Part shown: positions 12,436-23,752 of the stretch, piece by piece
How positions within the stretch are numbered: position 1 is the stretch's first letter
Layout: every line of letters begins with the position of its first letter
NCBI GenBank assembly: GCA_964106645.2
Contig: OZ067042.1
Direction: 5' to 3' (one strand)
DNA: 64,000 bases
From: Podarcis pityusensis
Taxonomy: Eukaryota
Notes under the pieces: model-generated
Told to the model about the DNA's origin: nothing
What the model saw: only the letters and a program-made list of their open reading frames with translations
The model's database searches: none
Translations under genes and position numbers: made by a program

Positions 12436-14384
12436 GTGAGTTTCAGCTCGTGAGTAGGAGCCTCAAAGTCTTGGCCCATGGTCTACTTTGCAGAGCAGCC
12501 ACAGCACAGCCAGAACGTCCCTTTTATTATCCAGAAATATGACTGGCACAGGTGACAAAGTAGTGTACTTTTCATTAGGTCACTTTGAACAGGATGCTGG
12601 CGAGACATGATTAGGGAAAGAAGGTTTTACCTCCATCTCAGGGTTTATTGCACTCTTTTTCTGCATGTTCCTAAAGGAGAGAGCCAGAGAAATCTTGTGC
12701 TGATTGAACCTGCCAGCAGCTCATCAGATGAGCATGTTCCAATAGTTCCATTGACAGAACATGAAGAAGGGTGGTTTTTCATTTGAATTTCCCAAGAGGG
12801 AAATTGCCAAACACAGAAGCTTGAAACAGCCATGTTCAGAAACAGCCATGGTTGTCTTGATCTGTGCATTCATACAAGCAGGTGGCATATTCCCCTCTCC
12901 TTGTACAATATTCTCTGCTACTTTTTGTCATCAGCTGTGTGTGCTGCCTAAGTTCTCCCCCCCCCCCTTTCTTGCAGGAATTGTTGCTGCTCAGTATGCC
13001 CTGCTGTTCACTAACTTTACATTTCCCTTGATTAAAATGCAGATTTGCTTTTTCCAATTTTCTGAGATTATACTTTTTCCAGAGTCCATCCTCCTAAATG
13101 CTAGTAGTTTAGATTCAGTTTCACCGAGTATAGCTAACACAATTGCCAGCGGTCTTCCTTCCTCCAGTTTTTCTATCAGAAATGTTCAAATGGACTCTCT
13201 TCCCAGTTGAATGAAGACAAGGAAGCTTTCGTCATTATTCTTCATCTGATGATTGAACAAATGCAACCAGTTTAATCCCTATTTCTCTAGAGACTTCTTG
13301 AGCCTCTTACAAGCCAATCTCTGAGAACTACAATAAATGTTTTGTGTATTCCCTGAGTTTGCTATCAAAGCAGAAGGGAAGAATCCAATTGACCTGATTT
13401 GGTTGTATGTTGACAAAATCCCATTATTTACCAGTTAAGATCTGCTGCCCTATTTAATAGTAAGGGGGTACATACTCTGAACCAAACATGTACAACATTA
13501 AATTATGGAAATGTCCCAGATCTGCACTGTTTATTTTGATTGCTGTGTTCTGAATTTTTATGCAGAATTATGTACATTTATCTATGACTACAATAGAAGG
13601 TGATCTAGATGGAAACACAAAAGGTTCAACTAGTTCAGCATTCTGTTTCTTACAGTGTCCCTGAAGGCGGCTGTCATGACTTAACAGACCTATCACCCAT
13701 GGCTTTTCCCAGTCCTCTTTTAAAACCATTGAAACCAGTGGTCCTTGCCCCATATCATTACAGTGAATTCCATTTAAAAACAGAGAGAAAGGAGGAGAGT
13801 ACAAGCTCTTAAGTTTCTTCTCCTGGCTTGTGCAGGATGCAGAAGAAACCTTATTGGACTTCAAAGCAGTAAACACCCATCCAGGACTCAGGGCTTGCAC
13901 CACTTGTGGCTCAGTTGTGTACTGAAGCTGCATGCCTGGGAGCTGTTCACAGTCCTGCCAACCTTGCATCTAGCCAATTCCCCACTCTGTCTTGCCACTG
14001 CTATTGGACCTCCACTAGCTCTAATCCTGACCTCGCCACCACATCCTTCCTCCAATTTACCTCTGGGTTGAATGCACCCAATTCCCGAGAGCCCTATCTT
14101 GGCCCACAAGCTCTGAACCACCCGAGACACAAAGACAGACTGAGGAAGGAAATTTTTCAGCCATCTCTGCACCTGGGTAGATTCCAAGCAGCATGAGAGA
14201 GATTCATAGGCTGTTTTGATCTGACTGAACATCCTTGTGGTTGTTGAGTCTTAGTTTGTTGGTAGGCTTTCTTCCCCGAGCCAATCATGTTGCAACAAAA
14301 GCTCACCTATCAGGGGTCTCCTTCAGTGCCAGAGGTGCTGGTCTGTGTAAGTGGTATATGAAATGACTGTTCTCTCTCACACAG

Positions 14385-14477
14385 GTTCGATCCATCAGCA
14401 TCAATGTCCGGCGAAATCTGGCCTTCAACACTCTCAGCCAGGAAACCTTGCTTAAAGAATTCTCAACCATCTCCTGA
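14385..14477 (+). CDS. ARMH3: ARMH3 last coding exon (to stop codon)
   Basis: Acceptor tctctctcacacag|; translates [30 protein letters not shown] (TGA 14475-14477), in frame with the previous exon and matching the ARMH3 C-terminus. Confidence 0.96.
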   Translation, partial: VRSISINVRRNLAFNTLSQETLLKEFSTIS

Positions 14478-15251
14478 AGCGGAGTTACCATCTTGCTTCC
14501 TGGCCAGTCCTGGCATCACTGAATCCCTTTCCCCAGCATTGGCTGTAACTCCTGATTGTGGGGTGGTCTATCCCTAGTGCTTGTGTGGTTTTCCCCAGGA
14601 ATCATCAAGGGAAGAACTGGACTTGTCCCACATTCCTGAGCACAGAGAACTGGTGATGTTGACTACACTGTGGAGTTGGGAGTGAGGAAGAGGAATATGT
14701 AGTTACCGCTTTTTCTCGCTTTTCTCTGTGCAGCAACTATTGTGCAGGGATAAGAGTTTTTCCCCAAGTGAGCAAAATTAGAGCAAAACAGTGTTGTTGG
14801 GAGAGCTCATCCTTCTGATTCTCTGCAACCTGTCTGATGATAGACAGATGCCGAGGAAGAGAAAGTAGTGCAGGCCATGGGAACTAAGTCCTTTATAATA
14901 AGGGGCAGATTGACTGAACTTCTGTCTATAAGTTATCTGCTTGACTTGGGTGCTTTGCATCTGTTGCCCATGTGTATTGCCAGCCCCATCTCAAACTGGT
15001 GTGGAAATTAAGAGCTGAAGTCTCTGCCCTTCACTCTGAGTTAGGGCCTCCTGACTGAATGGTGCTTGCAAGAGATTCTCTTCAAGAGGTTTCACAGTGT
15101 CCTGCCTAAAACACTTGGTCTCCGGAGTTCCTGAACTAAGAGGTTAACTCTATGAGTTCACCTCTGCTATTCCTACTGCCCTGTTCTAAGACTCTGGGGA
15201 TTAAGGAAATGAATATATGCCATTGATTCCCCACCCCCACCCCATAGGACC

Positions 15252-15257
15252 AATAAA
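15252..15257 (+). terminator. ARMH3: Proximal ARMH3 poly(A) signal candidate
   Basis: AATAAA ~775 nt after the stop, with a GU-rich element GTTGTTGTGT at 15290-15299. Confidence 0.55.
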
Positions 15258-15556
15258 AGAGAGTGCCCTCTGCTTTTATTGCTAATACAGTTGTTGTGTA
15301 TCAGAGGGAACCCATTTTTTCCTGTTTCCAGTAGGTTAACTAAGCTCCTACATTAGGTTCTTCAGCATCTCTCCACTGGCCTGATACTCCTGGATCCCCA
15401 AGGTGCTGATATGGTGACCAAGTTCTCCTATCCACATTTTCAGTGTCTAGTCCATTCAACACGTACACTGCCTATGCCAAATTTCACGTTGACTGAAGCA
15501 GGAACTGCTTAGCTCACTTTCCCTTCCTCTGTCAAAGTCTACCTTCTCTGTGCTCT

Positions 15557-15562
15557 AATAAA
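15557..15562 (+). terminator. ARMH3: Distal ARMH3 poly(A) signal candidate
   Basis: AATAAA preceded by pyrimidine-rich sequence, with a CA about 12 nt downstream. Confidence 0.55.
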
Positions 15563-18500
15563 GTGCTTCATTGCATAGGTAGAAGTAGGGAATTAATTAG
15601 TTGGGAGTATCTCACAGCATTTTAGGAGGAAAGAAGCCTGGGATAGGGCAAATCAGTGTTCTACATCTCTGGCATTCTGTTCTATACTCTTGTCCACCAA
15701 GGGCTGCAATGGCAGATTACAGGACATGTTTGTGCAGTCAGCTGCCCCATAGATTTTTATCATCCTTTTTCTAGAAATATAGGACTGTGCTCTGTTGGGA
15801 AGCAAGGAGTTGGTCATACCTTTGGTACTGTACTCAGACTGGAAATCTCAATCAGATGAGCTCTAAAATTTAGAGTCTGAATTCTTAATTAAAAGGTTGG
15901 GAGTATTTGGCACAGTATCTGTTGCAGGGGGTTGTCTCCTACCTGCATATTATCTTCCAGGCTGCAGAACCATGTCCAATGGATGCCAACAGGATTCGGC
16001 AAGCAGGTATACAGGCACACTTACTGGGCTCTTTCCTGGTGTATGTTGGTTATTATTCAGAACAGACTGCCATCTTGTGTGATTCCTCTGTTCTTTTTGG
16101 ACTCCGATGAGAACCTCCCTTCCCTAAGTACGTTGATGGATCTCAGCCATGCTTAGCAGTGGACTTTGAGGCCAGAATTTCAAGGAAGAATTCTTTTTCC
16201 CCCCTCTAGAAGAAACACTATGAACACCTTGCTGCTGAAATAGCACCTGTAAGATGATGTATATAGAATTTGGCAGTAAGGGGCCAGGGAGGGGTGTGGC
16301 GCCTCTGATCACTCTATTGTGTGCAGTGTATCTTTTTGTGCTCTTTTGGGGGAGAGGTAATAAATTATTACTACTCTTAACGTTTTCTTGGTGCTAATGT
16401 GTGCTTGCCGCTGTACCAAATAGACAAACGACATCGTCCTTGCTTCAGAGCACTTGCCATCTTCAGTGAAGTATTTAGGATGGGATGTGCGAGGTGGAGA
16501 GGAGTTGGGTTTGAAAATCTGAAAACTGCAAGCTTAATTCTTTGAGTCCTTTTCAGTTTGTTACCTGCAAGCATTTTCTTTGTCAAACCAGTTGCAGGGG
16601 TTACCAACACAGAGCACATTTGACTTCTGCAGCACTCACCGGGTCCCCTCCCCAGCCGAAATTGGGTTTGAGAGACATATTACTTTGCAGCCAATAGAAG
16701 AGGTTGTGACTGAGTGGGTGGGTGGCAACCCCTGCTCAGGAGCCTTTTACTTCTCTCCCATGTGACCACATGGAATCTTTTCATTTGTTCATGTGCCTTC
16801 TCTTGCTTGGTAGGCAAGGTTATCCTCCTCAGAATTAACCAGGAAGAGAAGCTCTGTGGTCCTATACTTTGGGCTGGGAGTGGGGTCTTCACAGAGGTCA
16901 TCAGAGTTCTTTTCAGCAAGGTGTGTGTTTCTGAGCTTCCCCCTTTCCAATCTGCATTCTGTAGTTAGTTTTCAGTTTGTTATAGGAGTACCCTTTGTTT
17001 TAGGATGTACTTCCTAGTTTATAGTGATTGGTATTATTATGAATTGATGCCTTTGGGTTTATCTGACTCAGTTGGAAGCATTTTGGATTGTAGGTTATAT
17101 CCATAGGTTGTATCCAACACTGTCATTTCTCTTGAACAACAGACTTTGGCTTGCACGGTGGAACTACCCCCTGCAGCTCCCTGAAAGCAGATATGAGGAG
17201 GGTGGGGAGAGCAGAGGCAGAAGAAGTCTCATTGTGCAAGTGAAATGTCCCTCCACACTCAGCTTTGGATACAACACAATGCCATTTTTCTACTGGAATT
17301 CTTTGAGCAGTAGCACACTTCCTGTTTGAATGTATATCCCTTGATGCTTGTGACAAAAGGTTGGTTGGGGGAAGATGCTACCCTCACTATATGCATGTAT
17401 TTTTTTACATGTCAAGCAATTCAAGGTGGTTTGGGTCAAGGTGTGCAGTGTGCATGCAATGCAAGCTTGCACATGCAACCTTGGCACCTGTTTTTAGGAT
17501 CTTTTGTGCTTGAGCCTGAACACACTTTGGAATTTGGCACTCCATGGGTAGTCATGGACAACGAAATCTCAAGTAATTTTTTGTATCAGAAGGAATTACC
17601 GTAACATATTTGTTGAAAGCTATTAAGCAGAATCAATTGATGCCGATGTTCACAACACACTAACAACAGGCTAAGTTTAAAAGAGTTTAAAGCTAATAAA
17701 AGGGTTAAAACTAATGGTGCAAGCTTTCAATTCGCAGAAATATACAGCAAAGGAAGAATGCTAACAAGAAATTGAGGAGGGAGGGAGCTGCCTGGCCACA
17801 GCAATAAAAGGAAATCATTCTAAAGCACCAGCCACAAAAACTACAGGAGGGGGTTTGTGCAGCACACTTTGGAAAAAGAAGAACACAATTTGGCAATATT
17901 AACAAATGAGGAAAACGTTTGGGATGACTGGCAAAGGAAAAGGATTTCAGTTCTGGAGAGCTTGAAGCAACTAACAGTATGAGCTATTTGGCTTTCTTAA
18001 CAGAAAACAGGGAAGTAATTTTTTTTTTAATAGTGGAAATGCTTTAAGTGGTTTGTGAGCATAAAAGAGAGAAATGTGGTGGAGAAAATTGCTGCTGAGG
18101 ATGTGCTATCCAAATCTGTTTGGAAGAAATGTGAAGGTAAAGGCAAAAAAATTGCATGGGGTGGGGAGGGATTTTTAGAGCAGTAGGACAAGCATGGAGA
18201 AGGGAAAGATCTGTTGCCAGCTTAAGAACACTGGCTCAGAGTATTTTGGTAAGGGATGCAGAGGAGAGCTTGGTAGTGTCATCCTGGAGCCATTCCGGTA
18301 CAGCAAAAGGAACAAAAACAAGGAAAAATAAAATGAGGTAGTGTAACGAAGGGGCATATGGCCTGTTCTGTGAAGAAGAGGACACAGTTTCTGACACCTG
18401 CAGAGTGGGTGGGTGGATCTGAGAGTCACAGATTACAACCTTAGTGAAGATCCTGGGAGATAGAGTCCAACCCCTGAAGATAAGAAGCCCCTAACTCTGA

Positions 18501-19890
18501 GCAGGCTAGTAGCAGCTTTTACGACCAATCTGAGTTTAATATTTACAATAAAAGGCTAAAAATATTGTCTTCCCAAAAGCATTGGGTGCTAAAAGTTTCT
18601 AAATCATGCCAGCCAGGAAGAGATTGTCCTAAATCTCTGAGAAATGCCCTCTAAAGGTGTAACTTCTTTCTGATGTCCAGGTGCGGAAGGGGAAAAGGAT
18701 TAACATCATCACTATTTTCTGGTGGGAGCCTGATGCCACTGAAACTTCTTAATTAGCTATGTGGGGAAAACGAATGAGTGACATTTTAGGTGTCTTGGCT
18801 TAACACTTCCAGAAAGGGTCTGATGCTCTTGTGTTTTACTTTTAAATTTACAAGTGATAAGGAAGGATGTCAGGGAGATAGCTGCCAATGTATTTAGCAG
18901 GACACATTGCAGGTGGTTCATTCCTTGTCTTCCAGATCATAACAGAGCTTCCATTCTCAGGTGCAGGCTACAATACTTAGAGGAAAATCTGAATTTAGGG
19001 GTACTTCGTAACATTCCCTCTTTCTGTTGCTACTGTACTGCACACTGGTTTTTCCCCCAGCAGAACTCATGTCTTCACACAGTATAGTATTAGAGGCATT
19101 GCAATAGGCCCAAGGCAAAACTTGGATTTGATTATTTTGTTGACTGGCCTTCCTTTTATCCTGTCTGGAACCACAGCTGTCTCCCAGGCAGTGGTTTGTC
19201 CCTTGAGAGATATGGAAATTATGTCGCTGCTTGCAGAGGCCATAGAAAGAGAAAGAACTCAGAGCTGTGAATTAGTGATTCTAGATTAGTTAGCACAAAT
19301 CTATCTCCAGTGGGGTCTCCCTTATTCTGAGCCATGACCCCTGTCTGAGACAGCTGTAGCTTTTCATCTCTGCTAATTCCACTTGGATTTTCCTTCCACC
19401 TGATGCTGGCTCAGACTCTTTAGAGACAGGATATGTTTAGCGCTAATGAGGGAGACTAAGATGGGGCTTGTGGTGGAGAATTTCGACAGATCTATATGGA
19501 GCACTTGAATAAATTTTATAATGGTTAATTTATAGCTGTCTTTACCATCAATTTAGCTGCCTCTGAGACTCTGGAGTTGCCAGGTCTTAAGTGGAGTGGC
19601 AGAAGCCAGAAGACAAATATTTTAACTGCATATAATGACCTAATCTTAGGAGGGAGGGGGCATGCACCACAAAACATGAAAGTGTATGTGCCTATTTTTT
19701 TAACTTATATGTGATCTAAGCAGTACTATTTTTCGGGGGGGGGGGTGACAGAACTCAACACGAATGTCTCCCTTGTTCTTTTATAATGGCAATGGTGCCC
19801 ACCTGAGAGGTGCCAGAACTGAGTTCAGGTGAGTTCTGGCACCTCTTTTCTCCTAGGATGCTTGCATACAGAATATTTGCACCCATATTT

Positions 19891-20048
19891 AGGGGGGCAA
19901 GATGCAGATGAGGGCAGGGCACCTATACCTATATAAATAGTTGTGTGGAGGAGAGAATAACATGCAAACTGTACCTGTTGAAATTCTGTGCTCTGCATAA
20001 CCATTAAAGGTGCAGGAACCGTGCCCTCATTTGCATCTTGGCCACCCT
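19891..20048. mobile_element. MITE-like element with long imperfect terminal inverted repeats
   Basis: AGGGGGGCAAGATGCAGATGAGGGCA ... TGCCCTCATTTGCATCTTGGCCACCCT are reverse-complementary. Confidence 0.6.
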
Positions 20049-20750
20049 GCCCACCTTTGGTCTTGGTCTTTCAGTGCCCAGTTCTCATCATCTGTAGGCG
20101 CCAATACTGAAGTCAGAGCCAGCAATATGTCAGACTTTAATAAAAATGGATGCTTTTAAATTCTAAACATTTAATTTTGGCAGCCAACCTCTTGCAAAGC
20201 TTTCAGAGCAATCTTGTTAATGTTTTAACCAAAGCAAAAACAAGCATATCTCAGCACTTCTGTCTGGCTCTCAGGATCCCCCCCCCCCAACATCTCCTAC
20301 CTCCTGGCTTCTGCTCCTGGAGTGTGCTCAATCCTGCTGCTGCAGCGTGCTTTGCCTGGAAAGTCTTAATTTGCCAAATGGACATTTGCTCACAGCTTGC
20401 CCTTAGTTAAAGGGTGGATTGAAGTGGGGCGATTGAAATCTCATAGCCATTAACAATGTCTGTGAAGTGAATGTTCATAAAGCAGTGAGGGGGAGACCCC
20501 TGCAATATCCTTCCATTCTGAGCAGAATCTAAACTAAGAAAAGGATAAATTAGAGATGTTTTTAGTGGGCATATATAAATAGTTGCAAGCCAAGGAACTC
20601 ATGCTCTCAGTTTTTAAAAAAACTGCTATACACAAAGAGCATCCTAGAAACACTGTCCATGCTTGTTAGGGATTGTGCTGGTGATTTCACCCTCATATTA
20701 CCTATATATTGGGCAGCCAATGAGATAATGATGTTCTACCACATGCCTCA

Positions 20751-20798
20751 TCTCTCTCTCTCTCACACACACACACGCACACACACACACACACACAC
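20751..20798. repeat. (CT)n(CA)n microsatellite
   Basis: Read directly from the sequence. Confidence 0.9.
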
Positions 20799-23617
20799 TG
20801 ACCACTCAAGTGCTCCCATTCCATCAGCTCCAGTGGCTCAGGCAGTAATGACTGCTACTTCCAGTCCCCAGGTATCTCCACAGGCAGTTCTAATCTTGTA
20901 CTCCTCACAAGCACTATTTCTGAGCACAGTATAAAAAGGAAAGTCCATGCAAAATAAGACATTTCAGCACTTTGCATAGAACCTCAGACCATGTCTGGCC
21001 AACCGGTACAGAAAACTACCTCCAAGCAGCCTTACAGCAGCTGAATGACCAGAAGGCAGATTTTGCTGCATTTCCCTGAAATAAATTTCTGTCCCTAGCA
21101 CCAGCAATCGTTTTAGTGTTCCGACGGCCCCTGGACTGCAAAGCCAAGTGGCCCAGAGGCACGATATGGTCCATTAATAGAACACCTAACAATGGCAACT
21201 TTCACCCATTTAAATCTGAAACGGCTCAATCACTGCATGAGAACTTAATATTTGCCAATTTTTCATCCTGGCAGGAATTGAATCTCTGTGGGCATCTGTT
21301 GATCATTCAGAAGCAGACTCTATAAATGTTTCCAATACAGAAGGCTTCCAGTTCTCTCTTTGCAGCCCTGAGGGAGTTTGTGAATGTTTTTGTAAAGGTT
21401 ATGGCACACTTTGTCTAGCAAGAATTGAGTCTTTCCCAACCCAGTTTATATTATTCTAGTCTTGTCCATGGGGCGGACAGAGGATAAAGGGATGTTCAAG
21501 CCTGTCTTAACCTGCCTCATGGACTAACTGCATCTAGAGAGCTCTCTTCCTCTGTTGCAGTGATGAGAAATGCTGAATTCATGATGAAATTGGGTTATTG
21601 ATGTTAACATCCAGATTTAGGTCACTGATGAGGACTTTAGGCAAATGTGGATCTTATAGTCTGTCAACCAGTAGGGGATGATTGTCTCACAAGAGTAATT
21701 GGTCCAGATTCCACACAGTTGTTTTCAGGGCTCCTCTTGCCTTCCGGCTTGAAACTGCAGCGCAAACATACCTACAGAGTTAGTTAATGAGGGATATTTG
21801 TGTATCACCATTTTGGTGTCTGTTCCCAGTCAGATGCAGACAACCACAGACTGTCTTCCTTAGTCTGAGTATTTTTGTGTGTGATGAAGCATCCTGGATT
21901 TAGGAGCCAGGAAAGAATTCTCACTCAAGTTCCTCAAAGCAGAGATAGGGATGATGGGTGAAGTGTGAATCTGATAACTAAACTGGTGCAGACAGTACTT
22001 GGTTTAAAAATAAGTAAAGGCGCAGCACAAATACCTAGAAAAAGAAGTAGTCCTCAACCTTAGCTGCTATTCCTGCACGCAACAGGAGGAAGGTTATTCC
22101 CGGGGGTTGTAGGGTGGGTCATTTCTCCCACCCATGTTAAAAAGAAGCAAGAGAAAGAGAACCTGCTGGTCACAGGCCAAAGTATGAACCAGTGATGCCT
22201 GGCTTGTTCTTTTTGGATGTCTGAATTTACCAGCTTCCAGCTTAGATATTCTGAGTCCAGCAGGATCTCATAATGTTTGTTTTACATTAGTGTGCATCTT
22301 AGTGCACTTGGGCATAATAGTCTTTTGTTTTTTATATATATAGTTTTAACTTGTTAGGACTAAAGAGCTTTCTTCCAGGCTATATGAGCTTAGTATAGGA
22401 GCTAGATGGAAGCTCCTTCTCCCCCTGGATAAGCCCAACAATAAACACTGCCTGACCCCAGAATCCCTGAGAATTAAAGTCAGTGGGGAATACTTCAAGT
22501 TTAGTGGAAGAAGGGGTATATGACCCTTGTGCCAAAAATCAGCTATTTGATTATTTTCACAAGGAATTCCAAACATTATTCTGCCTTCAGCTGCATGGTT
22601 TCTGCCACTAGTTTCTGCCAAGCAATGGATCTGCAACTCCCATCCTGCAAACTACTTGGGAAAGAAGCATTCTCTCCCAATCCTAAGAGAGCAGGTCCCT
22701 TTCCCATTTATTGCAGCCAGCTGCTATCAACTCGAATCTGCCTTCTCCCTAGCTGCCTTTTATCGCCTCAATTAACATTTCCTTTATGGCAGCTTGTGAG
22801 TGTGGGTAACTGTTCAATAGCCTTCTCCCAAGGCACACTATCCAGACTTCATATGCTCTGACGGAAGCTTACCTGGCATTCTGTCCTCATTACAGCCATT
22901 TCACACCCCATAAGTCACCATAGGGCACTAATGTGGCACATTCACACTGGAAAGGGCTCTCCTACAGTAGCATTTCTTGCTGTAAAATGTGTGTGCGCGC
23001 GCACTGTGCTACAGCACAATAGCAGTTCCAAGCGTTCTGGCTCTGGTTGGGCAGTTTATAAGCTATCCCAAATGGTTGCTTACTATCTTGCAAGAAGCTT
23101 ATTACCACACCACGGCTATACGGGAAAGCCTGCTGATCCATATCAAACGCATTCCACAAATGAGTACCTTAGGAAAACCATCACCAATCTTGCCTAGTTG
23201 TCAGGGACTTCTGCCCAGATGGCTTTGAGTTCAGTATTAGAAGGGTATAATCCCTGGTGACAGCCATTACCTTGTTTCTCTGTCATTGGAGCTGGTTCTC
23301 CCCAGTGCTCCTGTCCCAAGTCCTCATACACAAATGTTGAGGTGGCATGTCTGTGAATGGAGCAAGGCTGCACCACTTCAGATTGTACCACTTCATGACT
23401 GATGGGTGGGCAAGGAGAGGGATTGGCTAGTGCTGGCAGCAAGGAATAAGAGCAATTGCCACGATTCATCTGGCTTGGGTAGTTCTAGTGATCAGTGGGC
23501 CCTGGCAGCTGACCTGGGTTACATATTTAATATACATTGTGTACTCATTCAGGGAAATGAGAATAGATAGGGTAGAGGTCACCAGCGATGCTCATGTTCA
23601 ACGGCTAATCCTCAATA

Positions 23618-23752
23618 TAGGATAGGGAACCTGTGGCCCTCCAGATATTGTTGGATTACAACCTGACATCCTTGAGCATTGGTCATGCTGGCTGGTGATG
23701 ATGGGAGTTGGAGTCCAACAACGCCTGGAAGACCACAGGTTCTCCATCCTTG
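23618..23752. mobile_element. Palindromic hAT-type MITE (degenerate)
   Basis: GGGAACCTGTGGCCCTCCAGAT...CTGGAAGACCACAGGTTCTCC inverted arms; same family as 52062-52197. Confidence 0.75.

Noticed and set aside
21560-21628. Apparent C/D snoRNA box order: GTGATGA, CTGA, ATGATGA, CTGA
   Set aside because: Intergenic position, only 6 nt between C and D', almost no terminal stem, and no vertebrate rRNA/snRNA complement that I can recognise. snoscan or an Rfam cmscan would settle it.
22931-23469. Overlapping ORFs in the spacer that read somewhat protein-like
   Set aside because: No recognisable homology and no convincing splice-site pairs.
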